The position numbers and the translations under genes were made by a program. The notes under the pieces are model-generated. The model had not been told where the DNA came from and did not search any database. It worked only from the letters and a program-made list of their open reading frames with translations. A DNA stretch of 64,000 nt from Chloroflexota bacterium (lineage in GTDB: Bacteria > Chloroflexota > UBA11872 > VXOZ01): NCBI GenBank assembly GCA_965221905.1, contig OZ244922.1, forward strand, positions 1,440,001 to 1,504,000. The letters are read 5' to 3'. The first letter of the stretch is position 1, and every line of letters starts with the position of its first letter. Below are positions 30,332-40,630 of the stretch, in pieces.

Positions 30332-31699
30332 GTGGTATTCGTGTCGCCGCCTCCCAATCCCCAAGGGCACGAGCGAGGACGCCGTTTTGGGACTTCCTTC
30401 ATACTTGCGGGCGGTTTTGCAGCCCTTATCGCATTGGGTACGCTCTTTCTCATGTTGCCCGCTGCGACAAAGCCCGGCAATACAACAACCATCATCGATG
30501 CTCTCTTTACGGCCACGTCAGCCGTGTGCGTTACTGGGCTGGTGGTGGTCGATACAGCGGATCACTGGACGACGTTCGGCCACGTTGTGATTCTTGTCCT
30601 CATACAGCTTGGCGGATTTGGCTTCATGACCAGCTCGATCTTGCTGTTCATGCTGCTCGGACAGCGGATACGACTGCGCCAGCGCGTCCTCATGCGTGAG
30701 GCGCTCAACATATCCGGTATGGGCGGAATTGTCAGTATCACACGCAATATCGCCATCTGGACGATTGTCATTCAGGCTCTCGGCATCTTGGCGCTCTCGC
30801 TCTACTTCGCGCAGAATCACGAGCCCTCGCGGGCGTTCTGGATGGGATTGTTTCACGGCATATCGGCATTTAATAATGCCGGCTTCGACCTGATGGGGGG
30901 GTTTTCAAGCCTTACCAGCTTTCGAAGAGAGGAGCTCTTCCTCCTTGTCGTCGGGGCATTGGTTGTGTTTGGGAGCACCGGTTACATGGTATTCGAGGAT
31001 ATCGCGAAGTCGCGGCGCTGGTTGCGCTTCAGTCTCGAAACCAAACTGATCGTGATCGTGACCAGTGCGCTGTGGCTGATTGGTGGTGTGGCTTTCTTCT
31101 GGCGCGAACGCAGCAACCCACTCACGCTGGCCGGAGAGGTGTGGCACGTACAGTTGGCCGACACGTTTTTCCATAGCATCGCTGCCCGCACGGCCGGATT
31201 TGTAACGCTCCCCGTCGGCAGTATGACCGAGGATACAACTTTCCTTACAATGGTTCTCATGCTCATTGGCGGAGCGCCGGGATCGACGGCGGGTGGGATA
31301 AAGGTAACGACGTTTGCCGTTCTCGCAGTGACAATCTTGGCGGTAATGCGCGGTCGATTGCGCACCACGATTCTGCAACGCAGGATCCCGGATAATGTGG
31401 TTCTGCGTTCACTCGCCATCATCTCCTTGGCTACCTTGCTGCTTATCGCCGTGAGTTGGCTGCTCGCGGACTTCGAACCCTTCAGCTTCATTGCGGTTCT
31501 CTTTGAAGCCGCATCGGCGCTCGGAACAGTAGGGATGTCTTACGGTATTACGCCGCAATTGCATGATGCAAGCCGCCTTGTGTTGGTTGCTGCAATGTTT
31601 GTGGGCCGCCTGGGCCCCCTGACGCTTGTCTTGCTGCTTGCGCAGAAGAGTCAGCGAGATCATTTGGAGTATCCTAGTGAAATGGTGCGCGTGGGATAG
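30332..31699 (+). CDS. ktrB: Trk/Ktr K+ uptake membrane subunit
   Basis: Four pore loops: TSAVCVTGL, SAFNNAGF, RTAGF, SALGTVG; PGSTAGGIKVTT; start uncertain. Confidence 0.93.
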   Translation: MVFVSPPPNPQGHERGRRFGTSFILAGGFAALIALGTLFLMLPAATKPGNTTTIIDALFTATSAVCVTGLVVVDTADHWTTFGHVVILVLIQLGGFGFMTSSILLFMLLGQRIRLRQRVLMREALNISGMGGIVSITRNIAIWTIVIQALGILALSLYFAQNHEPSRAFWMGLFHGISAFNNAGFDLMGGFSSLTSFRREELFLLVVGALVVFGSTGYMVFEDIAKSRRWLRFSLETKLIVIVTSALWLIGGVAFFWRERSNPLTLAGEVWHVQLADTFFHSIAARTAGFVTLPVGSMTEDTTFLTMVLMLIGGAPGSTAGGIKVTTFAVLAVTILAVMRGRLRTTILQRRIPDNVVLRSLAIISLATLLLIAVSWLLADFEPFSFIAVLFEAASALGTVGMSYGITPQLHDASRLVLVAAMFVGRLGPLTLVLLLAQKSQRDHLEYPSEMVRVG

Positions 31700-31709
31700 G
31701 AGATAGGCT

Positions 31710-32360
31710 ATGCCGAAACAGCAGATCGCCGTCATTGGTCTGGGTCGCTTTGGCTCTAGCGCCGCAATACAGCTTGCCAGCCTGGGTTATGACGTTCTAG
31801 GTGTAGACAAGAATGTAGACCTCGTAGAGAAGCTGTCGGATGAACTCACTCATGTGGTCCGGGCTGATACGGCGAATGAGGGGGCCTTGGAAGAGTTGGG
31901 TATTCGCAATTTCGACGTGGTGGTGGTAGGAATTAGCTCCGATGTCCAGAGCAGCATCGTCACGACGCTAATTCTCAAGCATCTTAACGTGCCCTACGTG
32001 ATCGCAAAGGCGCGCGATGAACTTCACGGCGAAATCCTGGATAGAATTGGCGCCGATAAGGTAGTTTACCCAGAACGTGAAGCCGGCATGCGCATTTCGC
32101 ATACGTTCATTTCACGCGACATTCTGGACTACGTGGAAGTGGTTCCAGGCTACGGCGTTAGCAAGATTCGGGTACCCGATCGTTTTGTGGGGCGGTCTTT
32201 GCAGGTGTTGGGTTTTGGGGAAGAGAGTGGGCTACAAGTATTGATGATTGGGCGCAACAAAAGCGTCGTGTTCGATCCGAGTCCTAGCGAGCGCATACAG
32301 GGCGGCGATGTCCTAATGTTGGTGGGCGAAGACCACTACTTGAGCGAAATGGAACTGTGA
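31710..32360 (+). CDS. ktrA: Trk/Ktr RCK regulatory subunit
   Basis: VIGLGRFG, IGADKVVYPEREAG, RCK_C. Confidence 0.93.
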   Translation: MPKQQIAVIGLGRFGSSAAIQLASLGYDVLGVDKNVDLVEKLSDELTHVVRADTANEGALEELGIRNFDVVVVGISSDVQSSIVTTLILKHLNVPYVIAKARDELHGEILDRIGADKVVYPEREAGMRISHTFISRDILDYVEVVPGYGVSKIRVPDRFVGRSLQVLGFGEESGLQVLMIGRNKSVVFDPSPSERIQGGDVLMLVGEDHYLSEMEL

Positions 32361-32519
32361 GGCCGGTTCTATCGCTGCAAGTAGAGTTTCTGCGAGTTGC
32401 CGGGACAGTGCAGGAAACCTTCCGATAGGAGCACGCAATTGACCCCGCGAAATGGTCAATGTTCCTCTTCTTCACTCGGTCGATAGCAATGAATTCAGCA
32501 ACAAAATGACAGTCAGTGC

Positions 32520-32548
32520 TTGACAGCGTTGACACGGTGAGGTTTAAT
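32520..32548 (+). promoter_or_regulatory. Sigma70-like promoter
   Basis: TTGACA-17 nt-TTTAAT. Confidence 0.65.
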
Positions 32549-32602
32549 TGAACTTAGGAGGGCGGGGGCCCTCGAAGCGGCACGAAAGGAGGGAGGTGGG
32601 CC

Positions 32603-32689
32603 ATGAAGAGTATGCGCTTACCGCTTGATAATCCGCGAGTGCTGTATTGTGTTTGGCAAGTGGACAGGTATGCCCCCATCCGCGCATAG
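32603..32689 (+). CDS. Candidate 28-aa small protein MKSMRLPLDNPRVLYCVWQVDRYAPIRA
   Basis: Very strong SD (AAGGAGGGAGGT) just before ATG, downstream of a promoter. Confidence 0.4.
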   Translation: MKSMRLPLDNPRVLYCVWQVDRYAPIRA

Positions 32690-32854
32690 TACATGGAATA
32701 GAAATGCGGGTGGGGGCTATAGACAGGGTGTCGGGTTTCGCCCGTTAGTGCGTAGTCTCGAATAGGAGCTACTGCAACCTAGTCGAACTAGAGCCAGTGC
32801 TCAAGGTTAGGGCGATACTTGGTGCGAAACTACGGCCCGACCCAAGATTGGGAT

Positions 32855-32889
32855 TAAAGCGCACCTCGGCTTTGCCGGGGTGCGCTTTA
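32855..32889. terminator. Strong terminator-like hairpin
   Basis: TAAAGCGCACCTCGGC-TTT-GCCGGGGTGCGCTTTA. Confidence 0.75.
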
Positions 32890-33045
32890 GGTTGCTTGGA
32901 GGGCGTCCACGCGGACGATAGCGGGTTCGCACAGGGAGTAATACCGCCGTCTTAATGGATAGTGGGCTAGAATGAAGGGGCAAGCCGTGAATGCGGTACC
33001 AACTTTCGTGCCCGGAGGCGCAACAAGACTAATCTGGAGCAAGGT

Positions 33046-33378
33046 ATGAAGGATATGCGCGCGCGTACGCCGGCGGTGATTTCCCGTGGCGAGGATAGCC
33101 GCGAGCTCGTTGTCGAATGGCGTGACGGACACACCAGCCGCTATTACTGGGACGACCTACGCCGCTCGTGTCCGTGTGCCCTCTGCGCCGGAGAAATGGG
33201 CACTCCCGGCTCAATGCATGCCGGCGTGATTCTGACGGCAGCTCAGACGTATCTGGAGTCTATCGAACTGGTTGGAAGTTATGCGGTCCGCATGCATTGG
33301 GAAGATGGACACAATACGGGAATTTACACGTTTGACGGCCTCCGCGAAGGTTGCCCGTGCTGTGCGGAATCGAAGTAA
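33046..33378 (+). CDS. DUF971 (GBBH-like N-terminal) protein
   Basis: WRDGH, LRRSCPCALC, VGSYAV, WEDGHNTGIYTF. Confidence 0.9.
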   Translation: MKDMRARTPAVISRGEDSRELVVEWRDGHTSRYYWDDLRRSCPCALCAGEMGTPGSMHAGVILTAAQTYLESIELVGSYAVRMHWEDGHNTGIYTFDGLREGCPCCAESK

Positions 33379-33478
33379 CGCGGGCCAAGCCGGTGGTGTT
33401 AGCCGGAATTGGGGTTGCGCTTGCGCCGATGTATTGACCGAAGGCGCCGACTTTGAGGACGCCCAATGCCCAAAGCGA

Positions 33479-34180
33479 CTACGGGTTGAGGTAGATAGCT
33501 GCGCTTGGGCAGAGGTCTTGCAGAGGGCATTCGCTACAGGCCGGCTTGCGGGCGGTGCAAAGAGCCCGACCGTGATGGATCAAAAGGTGCCCTATGTCGA
33601 TCCAATCTGCTTGAGGCACGACTTGCATGAGGTCGCGCTCTATCTTGGTGGGGTCCTTCTCGCGGGTTAGCTTCATACGCTGCGAGAGCCGCGATACGTG
33701 CGTATCGACCACAACCCCGTCGGCAACCTGAAATGCCACTCCAAGCACCACGTTTGCGGTCTTCCGCGCCACACCGGGCAATTCGAGCAGCTCGGCCATC
33801 GTCTTGGGCACCGCGCCGCCAAATTTCTCCAGCATGACGTGTGCCGCACCCTGGATGTTCTTGGCTTTGTTGCGGAAGAAGCCGGTAGACCTAATCTCAG
33901 TTTCCAGGTCTTCCCTTGACGCCGCCGCGAAGGCTTCCACTGAGGGAAAGCGCGCGAACAGCGCCGGCGTTACCATGTTCACCCGCTTATCCGTGCACTG
34001 TGCGGAGAGAATTGTGGATACGAGAAGCTCCCACGCATTGCGATACAACAGGGCGCACTCGGCATCGGGATAGGTGGTACGGAGGAGAGCGATGATCTGC
34101 TCCACGCGAGCGCGCAGAGCGCGTTTCGACTCTCGGCCTCTTTTGCTCTTGGATGGACTCGCGGACTTCTGAGCGGTCAT
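33479..34180 (-). CDS. nth: Endonuclease III
   Basis: LSAQCTDKRVN, LPGVARKTANVV, VDTHV, C-x6-C-x2-C-x5-C. Confidence 0.96.
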   Translation of the reverse strand: MTAQKSASPSKSKRGRESKRALRARVEQIIALLRTTYPDAECALLYRNAWELLVSTILSAQCTDKRVNMVTPALFARFPSVEAFAAASREDLETEIRSTGFFRNKAKNIQGAAHVMLEKFGGAVPKTMAELLELPGVARKTANVVLGVAFQVADGVVVDTHVSRLSQRMKLTREKDPTKIERDLMQVVPQADWIDIGHLLIHHGRALCTARKPACSECPLQDLCPSAAIYLNP

Positions 34181-34199
34181 GAAAACTAGAGACCGTGGG

Positions 34200-34514
34200 C
34201 TATGACGATTGATCGGCGCCGACCAAATCCCCGCGTCCGCGCAAACTCTCAAGGTTTTGCGTATGCACGTGATTTCCCGGCGCTATGTCTTGCGTCGCGG
34301 CCCCAATGGACTCGCCGTACTTTATCACGTGCTCGCCATTCCCAATGGCCCTTACCGCGACCTTGTGACCAAAGGGAATGTCGTCCAGGATGGTAAGCTC
34401 CTGTGACCCATCGGGCCCCGTAAAGGAAACCTTGGCGCCCGGCGTAAGGTCCGCGAGCGCAATAGCGGTATTGTCTTTGTCATCGATGATGTGGAGCACT
34501 TGCTTCATGTGCAC
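34200..34514 (-). CDS. SAF-domain UxaA/GarD/SuyA-type small subunit
   Basis: DNTAIAL, IPFGHKVA, VIKYGESIG, HVHTQN, RGRGD. Confidence 0.88.
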   Translation of the reverse strand: MHMKQVLHIIDDKDNTAIALADLTPGAKVSFTGPDGSQELTILDDIPFGHKVAVRAIGNGEHVIKYGESIGAATQDIAPGNHVHTQNLESLRGRGDLVGADQSS

Positions 34515-35144
34515 TTATCCTCGGGGTAATAGGCGTGTGCCTCGTTAGCGTCACCAAAAGCCCTGCAGAGCGGCTGGCCGCACGGTTGGTATCAGCATAC
34601 AGTAACAAGAATGCGTTTGCTACTGATGCTTCATGACTCCAATCCATACTCCATGTAATGGAACCCGCTTCTATTGCGCCCATGTCATTTCGCTTGATGG
34701 CGGAGGCAGGGATAGGTTTGACCGGCTTCGGGGCGTGTGATTTAATCAACGGGCACCTTACAATGGGTAGAGTGAACGCTTTTGGTTGAATTTGCGTTCT
34801 TGTGTGGGCGGTAGAGCGCGAGATTCTCTTCGAAAATCGACCTGCTAGAATGGCAAAGCGGATGAGTTCCATAAGCAAAACCCAACGCAAGGCTCGAATT
34901 CTGTTTCAGCGGCAGCCGACGCTCATTGGAATCCATTGAGTAGTGTATTCCCGGTAGGTATGTCCGCTTAGCTTCGTGCGATCTCAATTGTCCTTTCGCT
35001 GTCTTGTTGGAACTCACGTAGAGAATTGCATGGTGGTCGCACAACACCGGTCAGACTAGAGAGCCTTGCTTTGATTGTAGAGGTTCACATTCCGCTGTGA
35101 CCTTAGTCCTTGGACGGACAGATAAGACGAAAGAGTTGAAGAAC

Positions 35145-36243
35145 ATGATTGAAGAACGAATAATTGCTTTGAGCGCACGCGCCGCAGAACTTCGGAGGCG
35201 CCTTTGACCTCGCTGCATGGGAAGTGGAAATTGCCGACCTGGAGGGAAAGTCCCTCGATCCCGAACTATGGGATAAGCCGGAGGCTGCGCAGCAGGTAAT
35301 GCAGCAGCTTGCCGCGGTGCGTCGCCTGTTTGATGATTGGGACGGCTTCTTTCAGGAAGTTGAAGGGCTGGAGGAGTTTGCCGCGCTGGATGACCCTGCG
35401 CTCGAATTAGAGCTCGATGCCGAGGTGAGCCGTCTGGAAGCGGATGGCGAGAAGCGCGAGATCCAGACGCTCTTTCATGGTCCCTATGACAAGCGCGAGG
35501 CTTTACTTTCCCTCCATGCGGGCGCGGGCGGCACCGATTCGCAGGACTGGGTTGAGATGCTCCTCCGTATGTATATCCGCTGGGCGGAGACACACGGATT
35601 CAAGCCGGAGATTTTGGATAGCACGCCTGGTGAAGAGGCCGGCATCAAGAGCGTCACACTGCAGATCAGTGGCCTTCATGCGTATGGGAGGCTCAGGTCG
35701 GAACACGGCGTGCACCGCCTCGTGCGGCTTTCACCATTCGATGCTAATCACCGCCGCCACACTTCTTTTGCTCTCGTAGAGGCGCTTCCCGTAATCGATG
35801 ATGACGTCACGGTTAAGATCAGGCCCGATGACGTGCGGCTCGACACGTTTCGTGCCAGTGGAGCGGGTGGGCAGCACGTGAACAAGACCAGTTCCGCAGT
35901 GCGAATCACCCACGTTCCATCGGGAATCGTGATAACGTGCCAGAATGAACGCTCGCAACTCCAAAACCGCGAAGCAGCAATGCGGATCTTGCGCGCGCGC
36001 CTCCTAGAGCGCAAGCTGCAGCGGCAGCGGGAAGAACAGGCGGCGCTCAAGGGCGAACATACCAGCGCAGAATGGGGCAACCAAATTCGCTCTTACGTAT
36101 TGCACCCGTACACGATGGTGAAGGACCTCCGCACCGGCGTTGAAACCGGCAATACGCGAGCAGTGTTGGATGGCGAAATCGATGCCTTTGCGGAGGCATA
36201 CCTGAAACTAGAGGCTGAAAACCGCAGGCATGACCTTGCTTGA
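35145..36243 (+). CDS. prfB: Peptide chain release factor 2, joined by +1 programmed frameshift (35145-35204 + 35206-36243)
   Basis: SPF and GGQ motifs; MIEERIIALSARAAELRRRL then CTT-TGA-C. Confidence 0.96.
35194..35208 (+). promoter_or_regulatory. prfB frameshift cassette
   Basis: GGAGG-cgc-CTT-TGA-C. Confidence 0.95.
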
Positions 36244-36381
36244 AAAGTGTAGAAACCTAAGAGCCGCATGTTTGGCCCCAATCTCATTTATGCGGTCCTG
36301 CGGCTCGGCCTGGGTTACGCCGTCGCATCTTGTCTGGGCGAAATGCCGTGCAGCGCAGACTTCATTGAGGGATATCGCAGA

Positions 36382-37053
36382 GTGATTCCAGTAGTGTGCA
36401 TTGTTGGAAAGCATAATTCGGGCAAGACGACTCTTCTTGAGAAGCTCATCCCTTGCCTGCAGCAGCGTGGACGGCGGATTGCGGTCATAAAGCACGCCGC
36501 GCATGGCTTTTCACTGGACCGAGAGGGCAGCGACTCCTGGCGTCTCGCCCAGACAGGGGCCGACGCAGTGGTACTCAGCGGTCCAGGGAATGCAGTCACA
36601 TATTGCCGTCTGCCCGATGATGCTTCACTACCACAAGTCCTCGGGCAGCTGCCGGTGATGGGGTTTGATCTTGTGCTGGTGGAAGGCTATAAGGGCTCGG
36701 ACTACCCCAAGATCGAGGTACACCGTACCGCACTAGGACCGGACTTACTGCTAGCGGAAGAACAGCTTACAGCAGTCGTGACCGATAGCAATGCGGCATT
36801 CTCGATACCTACTTGCCGCTCTGACGACCCGCAGGGGTTGGCGGCATTCCTGGACGAGCGCTATGGGCGTCCCAACGCGGAGCGAGATGCGATCCGAGTC
36901 ACGATAGATGGTGAGGAGGTCCCAATTAATGCCTTCGCCAGCGCCGTAATTTCGGGCGGCATTCTGGGAATGCTGTCCGCACTCAAAGGAGTCAAGGAGC
37001 CGGGCGCCGTTCGCATCGAGTTGCGCCGTGGACGCGAGCGAGATGGCGCGTAG
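36382..37053 (+). CDS. mobB: Molybdopterin-guanine dinucleotide biosynthesis protein B with C-terminal extension
   Basis: VGKHNSGKTTL, IKH, DSWR, DLVLVEGYK, PKIEV; start moved to GTG 36382. Confidence 0.92.
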   Translation: MIPVVCIVGKHNSGKTTLLEKLIPCLQQRGRRIAVIKHAAHGFSLDREGSDSWRLAQTGADAVVLSGPGNAVTYCRLPDDASLPQVLGQLPVMGFDLVLVEGYKGSDYPKIEVHRTALGPDLLLAEEQLTAVVTDSNAAFSIPTCRSDDPQGLAAFLDERYGRPNAERDAIRVTIDGEEVPINAFASAVISGGILGMLSALKGVKEPGAVRIELRRGRERDGA

Positions 37054-37215
37054 CATTGCATCGTCAAGCGAACCCAACCCGTCATGACGGTGTCTAAGCA
37101 TTTGCAGGCACATTCAGCAGTAGCTGCCAGGCATGAAAGAGCGGAGGCGCGATCTTGTGGATCCGCCTCCGCTTCGATTGCAGAGCCTTGTCACGCTTTC
37201 GATGCCTGGCCCGAT

Positions 37216-38793
37216 CTAGGAAGCGCTCTCTTTCTCCGATGCCGCGACCGCCACCGGCGCTCTGTTTTCCTGCGATTCAGCGCTGTTTTGCGCAGAAATG
37301 TGCTTGTTGAGAGCGTTCATATAGGCTTTCGCGCTGGCGACGATGATGTCTGTATCTGCGCCGTAGCCGGTCACGGAAACACCGTCGCTCTCAAGGCGAA
37401 TGCTCACTTCTCCCTGCGCGTCGATGCCTTCAGTAATGGCTTGGACGCGAAACTCGGTGAGTTCTGCGGGTACGTTGACAAGGCGGTTGATGGCTTTGCA
37501 AACAGCATCCACCGGCCCGTCCCCCAGTGCCGCGTCTTCCAAGACCCGGCCTTCTTCATCGATGATGCGCACGGTAGCCGTGGGGATGCTATTATCGCCG
37601 CAACTTACCTGGATTTGGTCGAGATGAAAGTATTCTTTGGCATGCAAGACATCACTTGAAAGCAGCGCCTCGATGTCTCGCGCCGTGACGTTGCGCCGCT
37701 TGTCGGCTAAGTCCTTGAAGCCGTCAAAGGCCTCCTGAAACTCCTCCTCATTCAGGTGATAGCCCATCTTTGCAAGCTGGTCGCGGAAGGCATGCCGGCC
37801 GCTGGTCTTGCCAAGGACGATGCGGCTGCCATGCATGCCCACGCTCTGGGGCGTCATGATCTCATACGTTTGTCGATCTTTCAGCATGCCGTCCTGATGC
37901 AGACCGGAGGAATGCGCAAAGGCGTTTGCGCCCACCACAGCCTTGTTCGGCTGTACCGGCATATTCATGAGTTCGCTCACCATCCGGCTCGTACGGTAGA
38001 TTTCCTCGGTATTGATGCCATGCGATACTTTGAAGAAGTCTTTCCGCACGGTGGTGTTCATCACCACCTCTTCCAACGAGGCATTCCCAGCGCGCTCGCC
38101 GACGCCATTTATCGTGCACTCTATCTGGTCCACGCCATTCAAGATGGCGATCAATGAGTTGGCGTTGGCTTGGCCGAGATCGTTGTGACAGTGTACGGAG
38201 AGCGTGATGTTTTCGATACCGGGCGTGTTGGCGCGTAGGTACTGCAGGAGCTCAGCAAACTCATCCGGTTGCGTATAACCCATCGTGTCAGGGACATTGA
38301 TGACCTTGGCGCCGGCCTGAATCGCATCTTCAATGAGCTGACAAAGAAAGTCCCAATCGCTACGCGTGGCGTCCATCGCAGAGAACTCGACATTGGAACA
38401 ATAACCCACGGCTTGCTGGACGCACGCGACCGCCGCCTCTCGGACTTCCTGGCGCGTCATGCGCAGTTGACGCTCCAGGTGAATATCGCTGGACGAGATG
38501 AAGACGTGGATGCGCGGCGCTTCACCCTCCTTGATTGCGCCCCAGGCGGCCTCAACCTGGTCCGGTTTGAAACCGGAAAGCGCGCAAATCTGCACGTCCC
38601 GCAGTTTCTCTGCCAAGAGTTGCACTGCCCTGAAGTCGCCGGGGGAGGTGCGGGGGAAGCCGGCCTCGAGAATGTCGACACCGAGGCGTTCCAGTTGCTG
38701 ACCCAGATATAGTTTCTCTTCTACCGTCAAAGACCCGCCCGCTGCTTGTTCACCATCGCGCAGCGTGGTATCGAAGATTTGTAACGTTCGCAT
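37216..38793 (-). CDS. leuA: 2-isopropylmalate synthase
   Basis: IFDTTLRDGEQ, HCHNDLG, GERAGN, allosteric GDGPVDA. Confidence 0.96.
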   Translation of the reverse strand: MRTLQIFDTTLRDGEQAAGGSLTVEEKLYLGQQLERLGVDILEAGFPRTSPGDFRAVQLLAEKLRDVQICALSGFKPDQVEAAWGAIKEGEAPRIHVFISSSDIHLERQLRMTRQEVREAAVACVQQAVGYCSNVEFSAMDATRSDWDFLCQLIEDAIQAGAKVINVPDTMGYTQPDEFAELLQYLRANTPGIENITLSVHCHNDLGQANANSLIAILNGVDQIECTINGVGERAGNASLEEVVMNTTVRKDFFKVSHGINTEEIYRTSRMVSELMNMPVQPNKAVVGANAFAHSSGLHQDGMLKDRQTYEIMTPQSVGMHGSRIVLGKTSGRHAFRDQLAKMGYHLNEEEFQEAFDGFKDLADKRRNVTARDIEALLSSDVLHAKEYFHLDQIQVSCGDNSIPTATVRIIDEEGRVLEDAALGDGPVDAVCKAINRLVNVPAELTEFRVQAITEGIDAQGEVSIRLESDGVSVTGYGADTDIIVASAKAYMNALNKHISAQNSAESQENRAPVAVAASEKESAS

Positions 38794-39017
38794 GCTGGAT
38801 TAAGTCCTCTATCTAAAGTAAACACACAGTGTGCTAATTGCACGTCAATTCGCAGAAACTTCAGTCGTGGCAAGTGTGCAGGCCCGCCAGCATACCAGGG
38901 CAGCTATGCCATGGCACCGGTTGGGCCTGAGACCACTCTCCTCATTGACTACAAATTGCGGATGTGTGAGATATGGATACCGCAGTATCCCCATCTTTTG
39001 TATTCCCTCAAGGGTGT

Positions 39018-40013
39018 TTACTTGGGATCGAGCCATGGCATCATGGCGCGCAGGTTCTTGCCGACGGTTTCGATCTGGTGTGTCTTGTCCATTTCGCGGT
39101 AAGCGTTGAACGCCGGTCGGCCGGCCATGTTCTCCAATATCCACTCACGTGCAAACTCGCCGTTCTGAATTTCGCGCAGGATTTCTTGCATTGACTCGCG
39201 CACGTGGTCGTCCACCACACGCGGGCCGCGACTATAGTCCCCGAACTCGGCCGTTTCGCTCACAGAGTAGCGCATGTAATTGAGGCCGCCTTGGTAGAAC
39301 AGGTCCACGATGAGCTTGAGTTCGTGCATACATTCAAAGTACGCGACTTCCGGCTGGTAACCGGCATCGACCAGGATTTCAAAGGCTGCCTTCACCAGCG
39401 CGCTCACACCGCCGCAGAGGACGGTCTGCTCGCCGAAGAGATCGGTTTCCGTCTCTTCCTTGAACGTTGTGTTCAGCACACCGGCACGGGTGCAGCCAAT
39501 GCCGCGGGCATAGGCCAGCGTTAGTTCGCGGGCGTTGCCGCTGGCGTCCTGCTGGATAGCAAGCAATCCAGGCACGCCGTTGCCTTCTTCGAAGGTCGCG
39601 CGCATGCGATGACCCGGGGCTTTTGGCGCGACCATGCTCACGTCTACAATCGCAGGCGGAACTATCTGCTGGAAGTGAATATTGAAACCATGAGCGAAGA
39701 GCAGCATTTGTCCGGCGCGCAAGTGAGGCGCGATAGATTCCTGGTAGAGGCTCGGCTGGACCGTGTCCGGCGTGAGCATCATGATAAGGTCTGCCTGCTG
39801 TGCCACCGCGTCCACGGCGTCAACGCGTAGACCGTCGCTCTCTACTTTCGACCAAGAGCGGCTGCCCTCGTAGAGCCCTACCATCACCGAGCAGCCGCTG
39901 TCGCGCAGGTTCAGCGCGTGCGCGTGCCCCTGGCTGCCGTACCCAATGATGCCAATCGTCTTATCATTGAGCAGATCAATATTGGCGTCTTCGTCGTAGT
40001 AGACCTGAACCAC
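39018..40013 (-). CDS. ilvC: Ketol-acid reductoisomerase
   Basis: [29 protein letters not shown]. Confidence 0.98.
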   Translation of the reverse strand: MVQVYYDEDANIDLLNDKTIGIIGYGSQGHAHALNLRDSGCSVMVGLYEGSRSWSKVESDGLRVDAVDAVAQQADLIMMLTPDTVQPSLYQESIAPHLRAGQMLLFAHGFNIHFQQIVPPAIVDVSMVAPKAPGHRMRATFEEGNGVPGLLAIQQDASGNARELTLAYARGIGCTRAGVLNTTFKEETETDLFGEQTVLCGGVSALVKAAFEILVDAGYQPEVAYFECMHELKLIVDLFYQGGLNYMRYSVSETAEFGDYSRGPRVVDDHVRESMQEILREIQNGEFAREWILENMAGRPAFNAYREMDKTHQIETVGKNLRAMMPWLDPK

Positions 40014-40108
40014 TGTACCCTCTCTTCACTCTGATTTGGTTTCTATTCCATGCATGTGCGAGCCGCCTCTTCAGCTATAGAGCGGTCTCGCCCGTGCGCG
40101 CAAACAGG

Positions 40109-40630
40109 TTAAGCCGCCGGCCCTTCTTCCGCCACGACCGTGGGCGTTGGCATAGCACGACCCCGCACCATGGCGACCTCGCCGCTGCGGCTCAACTCCA
40201 AGATTCCATAGGGACGAATAATTTCAACGAACGAGTCGATCTTATCTTCGTCACCCGTCACTTCAAGAATAATGCTGCCCGGCGACACATCCACCACTTG
40301 GGCACGGTAGACATTGGCGAGCTGCAAAATCTCCGAGCGCTTCATCTCCGGCGCGGCCACTTTGGCAAGGACCAACTCGCGCGATACGTGGCGTTGCTCG
40401 GTGACGTCGGTAACTGAAATCACCTCGATCAGCTTATCCAACTGCTTTGCTACCTGTATTGCATCCTTGTGTTCTTCCGCCACGACAATTGTCATGCGAG
40501 AAATACCTGGCCGGTGCGAGTGACCGACGGAGAGACTCTCGATGTTATATGCGCGTTTGCGAAAGAGGCTGGCTATGCGGTTCAGGACACCGGGATGGTC
40601 CTCTACCTCTGTTATCAGGACGTGTCTCAT
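40109..40630 (-). CDS. ilvN: Acetolactate synthase small subunit
   Basis: ACT domain PGVLNRIASLF, YNIESL, RELVLAKV. Confidence 0.96.
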   Translation of the reverse strand: MRHVLITEVEDHPGVLNRIASLFRKRAYNIESLSVGHSHRPGISRMTIVVAEEHKDAIQVAKQLDKLIEVISVTDVTEQRHVSRELVLAKVAAPEMKRSEILQLANVYRAQVVDVSPGSIILEVTGDEDKIDSFVEIIRPYGILELSRSGEVAMVRGRAMPTPTVVAEEGPAA

